DNA from: a virus
IMG/VR virus record: IMGVR_UViG_3300021963_000054
Coordinates: 32,001 to 96,000 of that record
Length of the DNA: 64,000 bases
Direction: 5' to 3' (one strand)
Positions 39,586 to 49,581 of the stretch are shown here, one piece after another. The position numbers were made by a program, and so were the translations under genes. Within the stretch, counting starts at the first letter, position 1, and every line of letters starts with the position of its first letter. The notes under the pieces are model-generated. The model saw only the letters and a list, made by a program, of their open reading frames with translations. It searched no databases and was not told where the DNA came from.

Positions 39586-40527
39586 ATGACAAAAAAGTTT
39601 TCTCAATTAACCGCAATCTCTAATGTTGGAGACACACCAGGAAATGTTATATTTTCTATTTCCAACACGGCAAGCGGAACATCAAATACTATATCACTCA
39701 TTTCATTACGCACATATCTTGATTCTACATTTGCAACAGATATCGCATCACAAGCAAACGTTGGCGCTGGTCTTATTACAGTAACCGCAGCCGGTCAAGC
39801 TAACGTTGGTGTTGAAGTGGCTGCAAGGTCAGCAAACGTTGGCGCAGGTAGAATTGCGGATGTTGCTTCTGGTCAAGCAAACGTTGGTGCTGGTATCATT
39901 ACTGTAACTTCCGCATACCAAGCAAATACTGGTGCAGCCGCTTTAGCAGGTCAAGCAAACGTAGGCGCTGGACTATTAGCATATCAAACTACATCACAAG
40001 CAAACGTTGGTGTTGCTATTGCAGTCGGTCAAGCAAACGTAGGCGCTGGATTAATTACTACTAAAGCTAATTATGAAGCTAACGTCGGTGCAGCCGCTTT
40101 AGCAGGTCAAGCAAACGTTGGTGCAAGTGTTGTTATATTAACCAATAATCTTGGTAATGCATTCAATCAAGCTAACAGCGCATACACAGCGGCTAATACT
40201 GCATTGAACATTTCACAGAACATTAGAATTCAAGATTATACACTACAATTAACTGACCGCGGCGGGCACATCTATAGTACCAATACACAAGTTCAAACAA
40301 TTACAATTCCTAATTCTGGTGTTGTTGCATGGCCTACTGGCACAGTAATTGATATCGTGTTGAATGGTACTGGTAGAATTAATGTTGCAACATCAAATGA
40401 TGTTACTCTTTATGTTGCTAACAATTCAACAGTAAAAGGATATGCAAACGTTTACTCATATGGTTGGGCTACACTATTAAATGTTGGAGCAAATACTTGG
40501 TTCATCAAAGGGCAGGGCGTAGATTGA
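39586..40527 (+). CDS. Short fibre/whisker-like protein with ten xAN(V/T)G repeats (313 aa)
   Basis: KKFSQLT N-terminus, repeat stalk, and C-terminal YTL.L.D.G....TIP....(W/F)P.GT....W.I.G domain. Confidence 0.7.
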   Translation: MTKKFSQLTAISNVGDTPGNVIFSISNTASGTSNTISLISLRTYLDSTFATDIASQANVGAGLITVTAAGQANVGVEVAARSANVGAGRIADVASGQANVGAGIITVTSAYQANTGAAALAGQANVGAGLLAYQTTSQANVGVAIAVGQANVGAGLITTKANYEANVGAAALAGQANVGASVVILTNNLGNAFNQANSAYTAANTALNISQNIRIQDYTLQLTDRGGHIYSTNTQVQTITIPNSGVVAWPTGTVIDIVLNGTGRINVATSNDVTLYVANNSTVKGYANVYSYGWATLLNVGANTWFIKGQGVD

Positions 40528-40907
40528 AAACTAATGAAAATCTATCCAACATCTTTGGAGTTCAACCACTCGCAGAAGACGAATCTTCTTTGATTGAAAT
40601 TGTTCCAACAGATGTGGACTCAGACTTTGAATTTGCAAGAAACAACATTCGTGAGTTAGCCGAAAAAGGTAAAGTTGCTGTAGATAATATTCTTATGGTA
40701 GCAAAAGCAACGGATCATCCAAGAGCATATGAAGTTGCGGCCACATTAATTAAGAATATGTCTGACATTAATAAAGATTTGCTTGAGTTGCAGAAGAAGA
40801 AAAAAGAGTTGTCACCAGTTAAAGAACAGACTGTGGTGAATGTGGACAAAGCAGTATTCGTAGGCTCAACAAGAGATTTGATTAAACAAATTAAACAGGT
40901 AGGATAA
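40524..40907 (+). CDS. gp16: Terminase small subunit gp16 (start revised to TTG 40524)
   Basis: DFEFAR.N, HPRAYEVA.TL.K and A.FVGST..L. TTGA overlap with the upstream stop. Confidence 0.88.
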   Translation: MKTNENLSNIFGVQPLAEDESSLIEIVPTDVDSDFEFARNNIRELAEKGKVAVDNILMVAKATDHPRAYEVAATLIKNMSDINKDLLELQKKKKELSPVKEQTVVNVDKAVFVGSTRDLIKQIKQVG

Positions 40908-40908
40908 A

Positions 40909-41343
40909 ATGGAACAACTAATCCAACAACTAAAGGTAATCTTGGGCACCAATTTTGCTTTGTATCTAAAATCACATGGCTTTCATTGGAATATTGAGGG
41001 TGCTAATTTTCCACAGTATCATGGATTCCTTGATGAATTCTATAATGATGTTTGGGCACAAAACGATGTTATTGCTGAACACATTCGTCAGTTAGATTCA
41101 TATGCGCCAGGTTCATTAGAAAGAATGTTGGAATTGGCTGACTTGGAAGAATCACAAAACATTCCTATGGCACTTGCTATGATGACAGAATTGAAACGTG
41201 ATAATGATAGATTCATCATACATCTACGTGCGGGTATTGTAGCCGCTGAACAAGCAGATGAACCAGCAGTTGGTAACTTCTTGCAAGACTTGCTAGGCGC
41301 ACATCAGAAAAAAGCATGGATGTTAAGAAGCATTATTAAGTAA
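40909..41343 (+). CDS. dps: Dps / ferritin-like DNA-binding protein
   Basis: H.FHWN..G..F...H..L...Y......D.IAE.IR ferroxidase motif and H.K.AWML C-terminus. Confidence 0.9.
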   Translation: MEQLIQQLKVILGTNFALYLKSHGFHWNIEGANFPQYHGFLDEFYNDVWAQNDVIAEHIRQLDSYAPGSLERMLELADLEESQNIPMALAMMTELKRDNDRFIIHLRAGIVAAEQADEPAVGNFLQDLLGAHQKKAWMLRSIIK

Positions 41344-42977
41344 TGTCAATTGGTGGTTATTTAGGTAATCCAAAGTTAAAACGTTCTGGTGTACAAGTTG
41401 AGTACACCAATGACCAATTAATTGAGATTACTCGGTGCATTAAAGACCCAGTCTACTTCATTAAGAATTATGTAAAGATTGTTAACGTAGACTTGGGTCT
41501 CATTCCTTTTGATATGTGGAACTTTCAAGAGGAGATGGTTCGTGGTTTCCATAATAATCGCTTCTCTATTGCTAAGATGCCACGACAGGTTGGTAAAACA
41601 ACCACCACAGCTGGTTATATGCTTTGGGCAGTTTTGTTTACAGATGACTACAAGATTGCGATTTTAGCGAACAAAGGCGACTTAGCCCGTGACATTCTTG
41701 GTCGTATCAAATACTCATATGAATATCTTCCATTGTGGATGCAACAAGGCATTATGGAATGGAACAAAGGAAACATCGTTCTTGAGAATGGTTCTGAGAT
41801 TTCAGCTTACGCAACAAACGCATCTGGTGTTCGTGGAGGAACATACAATCTAGTATTCTTGGATGAGTTTGCTTTCGTTCCACAAAACATCGCAGCCGAA
41901 TTCTTTACTTCCACTTATCCGGTAATCTCGTCTGGTAAAACTACAAAAGTTATTATCGTTTCAACGCCGCATGGATTGAATCAGTTCTATAAGATGTGGA
42001 CTGATGCAGTAGAACAACGTTCATTGTATGTACCATTTGAAGTTCACTGGTCTATGGTGCCAGGAAGAGATGCCGCTTGGCGTGAAGAAACGATTAGGAA
42101 CACCAGTGAAGAACAGTTCAGGCAAGAGTTTGAGACTGAGTTTATCGGTTCTTCAGCTACATTGATTCCTGGTGCTAAACTGAAGATGTTAGCGTTTAAT
42201 AATCCAGTAGAAAAAGAAGAATACTTAGACATTTACGAAGCACCTAAGCCAGGTCATACTTACATGGCGATTGTAGATTGCGCTGAAGGTGTAGGCCTGG
42301 ACTATTCCGTATGCTCAATTGTAGACGTTACCGAATTACCATACAAACATGTAGCCAAGTTTAGAGACAATAAACTGTCAGCGTTTATCTTTCCAACTTA
42401 TGTTTACAACCTAGCTAATAGATATAATCGTGCTTGGATATTGGTAGAAACAAATAGTGTTGGACAACAAGTCGTTGATATTTTACATTATGATTTGGAG
42501 TATGAAAACATCTTCCGAATTGAAAGCCATGATATTAAAGGTCAGCACATTGCCAGCGGATTCAAGAAGGGTGCAGCCTATGGTGTCAAAACATCCAAGA
42601 CAGTCAAAAAGATTGGTTGTTCCAACTTAAAAACTCTAATAGAAACTGACAAACTCATTACTACAGACTTTGACACCATTGCGGAGCTAAATACCTTTGT
42701 AAGAGATAAAGATTCTTATAAAGCCGAAGAGGGCAACAATGATGATATTGTAATGACTTTGGTGCTTTTTTCATGGTTGTCAGCACAAAGTTTCTTCAAA
42801 GAGATAACAAATTCCGATGTTAGACAAAGACTTTTAGAAGAAAGAAACATCCAAATGGAAGAAGAATTACTGCCGATAGGCATTTTGGATGACGGCTTAG
42901 AAGAAGAAAAACATTTTGATGGAGAAGACCTCTGGACTGTAACAAAACGCAGAGGATATCTTTCGTCAGCTTTATAA
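41343..42977 (+). CDS. gp17: Terminase large subunit gp17
   Basis: YLGNP.LK, PRQ.GKTT Walker A, LDEFAF Walker B and a nuclease domain ending in DD.VM. Confidence 0.97.
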   Translation: MSIGGYLGNPKLKRSGVQVEYTNDQLIEITRCIKDPVYFIKNYVKIVNVDLGLIPFDMWNFQEEMVRGFHNNRFSIAKMPRQVGKTTTTAGYMLWAVLFTDDYKIAILANKGDLARDILGRIKYSYEYLPLWMQQGIMEWNKGNIVLENGSEISAYATNASGVRGGTYNLVFLDEFAFVPQNIAAEFFTSTYPVISSGKTTKVIIVSTPHGLNQFYKMWTDAVEQRSLYVPFEVHWSMVPGRDAAWREETIRNTSEEQFRQEFETEFIGSSATLIPGAKLKMLAFNNPVEKEEYLDIYEAPKPGHTYMAIVDCAEGVGLDYSVCSIVDVTELPYKHVAKFRDNKLSAFIFPTYVYNLANRYNRAWILVETNSVGQQVVDILHYDLEYENIFRIESHDIKGQHIASGFKKGAAYGVKTSKTVKKIGCSNLKTLIETDKLITTDFDTIAELNTFVRDKDSYKAEEGNNDDIVMTLVLFSWLSAQSFFKEITNSDVRQRLLEERNIQMEEELLPIGILDDGLEEEKHFDGEDLWTVTKRRGYLSSAL

Positions 42978-42980
42978 AAA

Positions 42981-42988
42981 CATAAATA
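42981..42988 (+). promoter_or_regulatory. T4-type late promoter variant (CATAAATA)
   Basis: Intergenic, upstream of gp18. Confidence 0.6.
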
Positions 42989-43032
42989 GATAATACGATT
43001 TAGTTCTATAATAATAAAAAGGAGAACACAAA

Positions 43033-44703
43033 ATGGCTTTCCAATTATCACCAGGAGTTAATATCTCCGAAGTAGATTTGACAACAGTTGTTCCTTCTGT
43101 TGCAACTACGATTGGTGGTTTAGCCGGCGCTTTTACATGGGGTCCAGCTAATGAAATCACTATCATTAGCAACGAAACGCAACTTGTAGACAGATTCGGT
43201 AAACCAGACGCTAATACATTCCAGACATTCTTTACCGCTGCCAACTTCTTATCATATGGAAGCGACTTGAGAATTGTACGTGCTGTAGGAGCAGGCGCTA
43301 AAAATGCGACAGCAAATTCATCAGCTACAACTGTATTGATTGAAAACATAACAGATTACGAACAAAACCATTCATCAAATGGCACATCAGCTTTCCATGC
43401 TAAGTGGGCAGGCGCTATTGGCAATTCAATTCGTGTTGAAATGGCTGACAGTTCTTCATACTCTGGTTGGACTTCATACAAAGCTGAGTTTGATTCTGCA
43501 CCAGCAACTTCAACATACGCTTCTCAGCGTGGTTCTTCAAATGATGAATTACACGTTATTGTTGTTGACGTAACAGGTAGAATTTCTGGTACTGCAAATA
43601 CAGTTCTTGAAAAATGGGGTTACGTTTCTAAAGCAAGCGATGCTAAGAATTCAGATGGCTCAAGTAACTACATTAAAGATGTTATCAATTCTAGATCCAA
43701 ATACATTTGGTGGGCTGGTAATTTAGCCGCAAACTGGGGTACAGCCGCAACTGGTGCAGTTTCATATACTACAGTAGCAACAGCATATGCTTCAACTTTA
43801 ACTGGTGGTATTGATGATACTCCTGTAGCAGCCAATACAAATACCGCGTATGCTAAGTTTGCGAATCCTGATGCAGTAGATGTTTCTCTATTGATGGCAG
43901 GTGCTACAAGCGGCACAACAGTACCAAACTATTTGATTGCTCTTGCTGAGACACGTAAAGATTGTATGGTATTTGTTTCACCAGAACAAGATGATGTTGT
44001 AAACAATTCTGGCTCAGAATCTACAACAGTAATTACTACCGCAGGTACATATACCAAGTCTTCATACGCAGTTATGGATTCTGGCTACAAGTATCAATAC
44101 GACAAATACAATGACGTATATCGTTGGGTACCATTGAACGGCGATATCGCTGGTCTTTGTGTTCGTACAGATAATGAACGTGATCCATGGTTCTCACCAG
44201 CTGGACTAAATCGTGGCGTTATCAAGAACGTTGTTAAACTTGCTTGGAACCCAACCAAAGCTGAACGTGATGAATTGTACAAAGCTGGTGTAAATTCAGT
44301 TGTTACATTCCCAGGCGAAGGCACAATACTATACGGTGACAAAACTCTATTGAATCGTCCAAGTGCGTTTGATAGAATCAATGTTCGCCGCTTGTTTATC
44401 GTTCTAGAAAAGTCTATTGCTAAAGCAGCCCGTTCTTCATTGTTCGAATTCAATGATGAATTTACAAGAGCCGCTTTTGTTAATATTGTAGAACCATTCT
44501 TGCGTGATGTACAAGGTCGCCGCGGCATCTATGATTACCGTGTTGTTGCTGATACCACAAATAACACAGCAGAAGTTATTGACCAAAATCAATTTGTTGG
44601 CGATATTTACATCAAACCCGCTCGTTCTATCAACTTCATTCAATTGAATTTCACCGCTGTTCGCACTGGTGTAGCATTTGAAGAAATTGTTGGAAGAGTT
44701 TAA
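43033..44703 (+). CDS. gp18: Tail sheath protein gp18
   Basis: SPGV...E.DLT, W.SPAG.NRG, FDRINVRRLF and KPARSINFI.LNF. Confidence 0.97.
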   Translation: MAFQLSPGVNISEVDLTTVVPSVATTIGGLAGAFTWGPANEITIISNETQLVDRFGKPDANTFQTFFTAANFLSYGSDLRIVRAVGAGAKNATANSSATTVLIENITDYEQNHSSNGTSAFHAKWAGAIGNSIRVEMADSSSYSGWTSYKAEFDSAPATSTYASQRGSSNDELHVIVVDVTGRISGTANTVLEKWGYVSKASDAKNSDGSSNYIKDVINSRSKYIWWAGNLAANWGTAATGAVSYTTVATAYASTLTGGIDDTPVAANTNTAYAKFANPDAVDVSLLMAGATSGTTVPNYLIALAETRKDCMVFVSPEQDDVVNNSGSESTTVITTAGTYTKSSYAVMDSGYKYQYDKYNDVYRWVPLNGDIAGLCVRTDNERDPWFSPAGLNRGVIKNVVKLAWNPTKAERDELYKAGVNSVVTFPGEGTILYGDKTLLNRPSAFDRINVRRLFIVLEKSIAKAARSSLFEFNDEFTRAAFVNIVEPFLRDVQGRRGIYDYRVVADTTNNTAEVIDQNQFVGDIYIKPARSINFIQLNFTAVRTGVAFEEIVGRV

Positions 44704-44729
44704 TAAATAGAGAGATAGGAGAAACTTAA

Positions 44730-45275
44730 ATGGCATTTAACATTAACGAATTCCGCTCTCAGATGCAGGGAGATGGAGCACGCCCAAATTTATTTGAGGT
44801 AACGCTTCCATTCCCAGCATTCTCATTGCCAGGAAATGCACAAACTAAATTAAGTTTTATGTGCAAGACTGCTCAACTACCTGGTTCAACACTAGGTACT
44901 GTACCAGTTCAATACTTTGGTCGTGAATTAAAATTTGCGGGAAATAGAACCTTTCAAGATTGGTCTATTACAATTATCAATGACGAAGATTTTGTCATTC
45001 GTAATGCATTTGAACGTTGGATGAATGGCATTAATAGCCATAATTTGAACGTTCGTAATCCAGCAGCCGCTTCCCAACTAGGCTATAGCGTAGATGGTGA
45101 AGTTCGTCAGTATGGTAAAGCTGGTTCCATTTTGAAGAAGTACAAATTCATTGGTGTATTCCCAACTGACCTTTCAACAATTGATGTTGATTGGAGTTCC
45201 AATGATACAATTGAAGAATTTACTGTAAATCTTACCTATCAATGGTGGGAATCAGTAGAGGACCTAGTAGTCTAA
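44730..45275 (+). CDS. gp19: Tail tube protein gp19
   Basis: GARPNLFEV, GR..K.AG.RTF.DW..T..ND and IEEF.V. Confidence 0.96.
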   Translation: MAFNINEFRSQMQGDGARPNLFEVTLPFPAFSLPGNAQTKLSFMCKTAQLPGSTLGTVPVQYFGRELKFAGNRTFQDWSITIINDEDFVIRNAFERWMNGINSHNLNVRNPAAASQLGYSVDGEVRQYGKAGSILKKYKFIGVFPTDLSTIDVDWSSNDTIEEFTVNLTYQWWESVEDLVV

Positions 45276-45278
45276 GTA

Positions 45279-45307
45279 AGGGGGGAGCCCAGGCTCTCCT
45301 CTTTTTT
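45279..45307 (+). terminator. Rho-independent terminator after gp19
   Basis: AGGGGGGAGC-CCAG-GCTCTCCTCT followed by a T-run. Confidence 0.85.
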
Positions 45308-45328
45308 ATAATGTAAAGGAAAATCAAA

Positions 45329-46996
45329 GTGGCTATAAAACTATTCGGCTTCACACTCGGTGAAAAAGATATTGTTCAGAAAGAAAAACCTGAACAGGCT
45401 TCGTTCGCCCTTCCGACGGAAGCATTGGACGATGGCGCCGTTACGATTACACAAAATGCCCACTATGGTACATATGTTGACTTAGAAGGTGCAGTTCGGA
45501 ATGAATTAGAATTAATTACCCGCTATCGTGAAATGTCCAATCACCCAGAGTGTGATATGGCAATTACTGAGATTGTAGATGAAGCAATCAGTCACGATGA
45601 TAAAGGTAAAGTTGTTGATATTGTTCTTGATGAATTAAAACAACCAGAGACAATCAAGAAAAAAATTAGAGAAGAATTTGATAACGTATTATCAATGTTA
45701 AACTTCTCAAACTTAGCAGATGATATCTTCCGTCGTTGGTACATTGATGGAAGAATTTATTTTCATATCATTGTAAACGAAAAGAATCCTAAAGAAGGCA
45801 TTCAAGAATTGCGATATATTGATCCACGCAAGATTCGTAAAGTACGTGAGGTACAAAAAGGTCGTGACTTAAAGACTGGCGCAGATGTTATTAAGTCTAT
45901 GGCGGAATACTATGTCTACAATGACAAAGGTACTACAGCACAAAATTATACAGCAAGCGTTAATTCTGGATTAAGAATTGCACCAGATGCAGTTGTTAAT
46001 GTGAATTCTGGAATGATGGATGCAAAGAATACATTCGTTATTTCATATCTACACAAAGCAATCAAGCCACTCAATCAATTACGTATGATTGAAGATGCGA
46101 TTGTTATCTATCGTGTTTCAAGAGCACCAGAACGTAGAGTATTTTACATTGACGTAGGTAATTTACCAAAAGGTAAAGCTGAACAATACTTGCGTGATGT
46201 TATGGTTAAGTATAAGAACAAAGTTGTTTATGATGCTAACACTGGTGAATTGCGTGATGACCGCAAACACATGTCCATGCTTGAAGACTTCTGGTTACCA
46301 CGCCGTGAAGGTGGTAAAGGTACAGAGATTACTACATTACCAGCTGGTCAAAATCTTGGTCAAATGGAAGATGTACAATACTTCCAAAAGAAACTATTGC
46401 AATCATTGAATGTTCCATACTCAAGACTGGAACCACAAGGCGGTGGTATGGTCGGTCTTGGTAGAACAACAGAAGTTACCCGTGATGAATTAAAGTTTAA
46501 TAAGTTTGTTGTTAAGCTACGCAACAAGTTTTCTCAGGTGTTTGACCATGCTCTTAAGATACAACTATCATTAAAAGGTATTTGTTCACAAGAAGAATGG
46601 GAAGAATTTAGAGAAGATATTTTCTATGATTATATAAAAGATAATAACTTTACAGAGTTACGTGATGCTGAATTACTGCAACAAAGATTACAAGCACTTG
46701 GACAAATTGATCCATATGTTGGTCGTTACTACTCACAAGAGTGGGTAAAGAAAAATGTTCTTCATTTGACAGATGACCAAATGGAAGAAATGCAAAAGCA
46801 AATTGATTCTGAGCCTGAGCCACAACCACTTGGACCAGATGGTCGCCCAATGCAACAAGATATGCAACAACAAGACCAAGCTACACCAGAACAATTTCCA
46901 CCAGAAGATAACGTGACAGAAAATGGCTCTGCTGAATCTCCAACACCAGAATTAGATAGTGTGGTAAAGAGATTTGGAAGAGTAATAAATAGGTAA
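45329..46996 (+). CDS. gp20: Portal protein gp20 (GTG start)
   Basis: LFGF, YIDPRKI, RAPERR.FYIDVGNLPK.KAEQY and EDFWLPRREGG.GTEITTLP. Confidence 0.97.
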   Translation: MAIKLFGFTLGEKDIVQKEKPEQASFALPTEALDDGAVTITQNAHYGTYVDLEGAVRNELELITRYREMSNHPECDMAITEIVDEAISHDDKGKVVDIVLDELKQPETIKKKIREEFDNVLSMLNFSNLADDIFRRWYIDGRIYFHIIVNEKNPKEGIQELRYIDPRKIRKVREVQKGRDLKTGADVIKSMAEYYVYNDKGTTAQNYTASVNSGLRIAPDAVVNVNSGMMDAKNTFVISYLHKAIKPLNQLRMIEDAIVIYRVSRAPERRVFYIDVGNLPKGKAEQYLRDVMVKYKNKVVYDANTGELRDDRKHMSMLEDFWLPRREGGKGTEITTLPAGQNLGQMEDVQYFQKKLLQSLNVPYSRLEPQGGGMVGLGRTTEVTRDELKFNKFVVKLRNKFSQVFDHALKIQLSLKGICSQEEWEEFREDIFYDYIKDNNFTELRDAELLQQRLQALGQIDPYVGRYYSQEWVKKNVLHLTDDQMEEMQKQIDSEPEPQPLGPDGRPMQQDMQQQDQATPEQFPPEDNVTENGSAESPTPELDSVVKRFGRVINR

Positions 46997-47009
46997 TAAA
47001 GGAGTAATT

Positions 47010-47201
47010 ATGGACACAAGACAATTTATAGATTTGCTTGGCGCTGGTCAAAGTGCCGAAGCTAAGAGTGCTTTAGAAGAATTGATTTCTGCAAAAGCAT
47101 TTGAGGCACTAGATGCAAAGAAACAAGAAATTGGTTCAACACTATTCAATGGTAAAGAACAAGAAGTTGCTGTTGAAGTAGAAACACAAGAAGAACAATG
47201 A
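47010..47201 (+). CDS. Small acidic prohead core protein, gp67-like (63 aa)
   Basis: Position after the portal, acidic tail, RBS AAGGAG. Confidence 0.55.
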   Translation: MDTRQFIDLLGAGQSAEAKSALEELISAKAFEALDAKKQEIGSTLFNGKEQEVAVEVETQEEQ

Positions 47202-48091
47202 AATCTTTACAAGAATTTAAAACTGTCATTGAAGAAGAAAAACAAGACTTCACTAAGTTTGATGCGCTAGTTCGTGCAGGCTTGGCTAACAAAGCACAAC
47301 TTCAAAGATTACATCAAATTCTTGGCAAAATGTCTGAGGAGAAACCAAACTTTTCTCCAGCAGACCGTGCTATTATACAAAACATGTTTACCAAAATGGT
47401 AGATATGATTACCAATAATCCACAGATGTATCGTACTGCACGTAAGGCAGTATCAGAAGGCGTATTAGATACAGCAGATTTCAAACTTGATGTTACTGGT
47501 AGAAAAGTAAAAGCACACAGAGTTAAAGTTGGTGATGCTATGAATACATTACCAGCAGATAACATTAAAGAAGAAATAGAAATGATTGGTGAGGATCTTC
47601 GGAATGAGCCACCATTTGTTTTGCTTCTAAAGAGAACCGCAGTACGTTTGTATCCTGGTAATGTTAGAGTTGCAACATACCATAATCAAAAGTTGAATAG
47701 AGATTTTGCTATTCCGTTTTCAATAACAGGCACTGGTGATATTCAATCTGAAGAAGTTAGCAATGACGAATTCAAAGACCAGATTAAAAAAACACAAGAC
47801 AAGTCAACTGGTAAAGTAAAAGCCGATGTAGCTAAAGGCGCAGTTCAATCGGTATCAATTGACGAAGCAGTTATGGATATACTTCACAAGATTGTGGCAG
47901 GTAAGTCTGCACAGTCGGTAAAGTTTGCCACTGGCGAAACTCGTAAAGTTGACCATTATACAGCATCAGCTTTGACACAAGTTCATAAAGCATTGAATGA
48001 TGATAATAAAAAGAAGTTTGCTGATATGGTACATAAATCACCAGCACATTTTTCAAAAGCGTCTGAGTTTGCTTTCAGCAAAGTTAAATGA
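47198..48091 (+). CDS. Putative internal head protein (297 aa)
   Basis: N-terminus MKSLQEF resembles the T4 capsid-targeting sequence. Lies in the head operon. Confidence 0.55.
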   Translation: MKSLQEFKTVIEEEKQDFTKFDALVRAGLANKAQLQRLHQILGKMSEEKPNFSPADRAIIQNMFTKMVDMITNNPQMYRTARKAVSEGVLDTADFKLDVTGRKVKAHRVKVGDAMNTLPADNIKEEIEMIGEDLRNEPPFVLLLKRTAVRLYPGNVRVATYHNQKLNRDFAIPFSITGTGDIQSEEVSNDEFKDQIKKTQDKSTGKVKADVAKGAVQSVSIDEAVMDILHKIVAGKSAQSVKFATGETRKVDHYTASALTQVHKALNDDNKKKFADMVHKSPAHFSKASEFAFSKVK

Positions 48092-48519
48092 AACTAGTTG
48101 ATTTAATCTTTGAAGGTAAACTTGTAGAAGCGAAAGAAGAACTTTTTACTCGCTTGAATGAAGTTGCATCTAAAAGATTAGAAGAAATAAAACGTACCGT
48201 TGCGGCAGATATATATGAAGAAGTTGAAGTGCTTGATGAAGCAAACATTCAACGTATGGGCAGAATCCAAAAGATTCGCCGTAGAATTAGACGCAACGCA
48301 AAGGGAAGAATTATTGTTCAACGTAACGTAAGACGTTCAGCAATTAAAGGTTTTAGAATTTCTGGTAATACTGTTAAGAGAATTCCTGCAATGGCAAGAA
48401 TTCAAAAAGCTAGAAAGTTAAAGAGATATTGGAAAACTAAAGGTAGAGCAAAGTTGAATAGAACATTACTAAAAAGAAAAATGTCTTTGCGCCGCCGCAC
48501 CTCAATGGGAATAAAATAA
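48088..48519 (+). CDS. Highly basic prohead core protein, gp68-like (143 aa)
   Basis: Acidic N-half ending in LDE, followed by an R/K-rich C-half. Lies between portal and protease. Confidence 0.65.
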   Translation: MKLVDLIFEGKLVEAKEELFTRLNEVASKRLEEIKRTVAADIYEEVEVLDEANIQRMGRIQKIRRRIRRNAKGRIIVQRNVRRSAIKGFRISGNTVKRIPAMARIQKARKLKRYWKTKGRAKLNRTLLKRKMSLRRRTSMGIK

Positions 48520-48520
48520 A

Positions 48521-48898
48521 ATGGCATTTGAAATACTAAACGCAGCCCGTTCAAAATCAACAATTCGTGTCGTTGGTGCAAGTGCCAATGTCCGTATTAA
48601 TTTGAACCAGCTTTCAACTAATACTCAGAATGAGATTATTACATCTGCGGCAATCAATCAGTTTCACTGGTCAACATCTGGTGTGATTGAAGTTTATCGT
48701 GGTAATGATGCAACTGGAACATTGGTATTGCAAACATTTGGCGAAGGTTCATTGCCACTTTCTGCATTTGATATTTCTGTTGCAAACACGGCAACAGCAA
48801 ACCTTTATATCGTTAATACGGGAGCAGGTACTGCAATTATTGGATTGACAAAGCAAGCAACTTATGTAAGAGAACCAGATACAGGATTCCTAGTATGA
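48521..48898 (+). CDS. Hypothetical virion protein (125 aa)
   Basis: Tightly packed, beta-rich ORF coupled to gp21. Confidence 0.7.
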   Translation: MAFEILNAARSKSTIRVVGASANVRINLNQLSTNTQNEIITSAAINQFHWSTSGVIEVYRGNDATGTLVLQTFGEGSLPLSAFDISVANTATANLYIVNTGAGTAIIGLTKQATYVREPDTGFLV

Positions 48899-49545
48899 AA
48901 CTAATTACAGAAACAATTGAAGACGTTCAGTATATTACTGAAACAAAAGAAAACGGAAAGAAAAACCTTTACATTGAAGGTGTCTTTCTAGTTGGAGAAC
49001 AAGCCAATAAGAATCGTAGAATGTACAAGATGGATACACTACGAGAAGAAGTTGGCCGATACAATCAAGAATACATTGCAACTAATCGTGCATTGGGCGA
49101 ATTAGGTCATCCAGATACACCAACATTAAATCTTGAACGTGTATCCCACAAAATCATCTCTCTCAAAGAGAATGGTAATGTATTCATTGGTAAAGCACAA
49201 ATTCTTGAAACACCTTACGGTAACATTGTGAAGAATTTTATTGATTCTGGAGTAAGTCTAGGTGTTTCCTCAAGAGGTATGGGTTCTTTGATTCCTGGTG
49301 AAGACGGAATTAATATTGTCGGCAACGACTTTCGTTTGGCTACGGCCGCAGATATTGTTGCTGATCCGTCAGCACCAGGTGCATTCGTAAACGGCATCAT
49401 GGAAAACAAAGAATGGTTATTTGTTGAAGGACGTTTTGTTGAAGTCGATATCGACAGAACAAAACAAGCAATTCAAAGAGCCCCAAGAAAAGATGTTGAA
49501 AAAGTGGCTATTCGCCTCTTTGAAAATTTTCTATCAAAACTTTAA
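48895..49545 (+). CDS. gp21: Prohead protease gp21
   Basis: MKLITE, ALGELGHP, GVSSRG.GSL and DIVADPSAP.AFV. Confidence 0.97.
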   Translation: MKLITETIEDVQYITETKENGKKNLYIEGVFLVGEQANKNRRMYKMDTLREEVGRYNQEYIATNRALGELGHPDTPTLNLERVSHKIISLKENGNVFIGKAQILETPYGNIVKNFIDSGVSLGVSSRGMGSLIPGEDGINIVGNDFRLATAADIVADPSAPGAFVNGIMENKEWLFVEGRFVEVDIDRTKQAIQRAPRKDVEKVAIRLFENFLSKL

Positions 49546-49549
49546 TTAT

Positions 49550-49557
49550 TATAAATA
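49550..49557 (+). promoter_or_regulatory. T4 late promoter TATAAATA
   Basis: Exact consensus upstream of gp22-gp23. Confidence 0.85.
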
Positions 49558-49581
49558 AATATACACAAAAGGAGATTCCTA

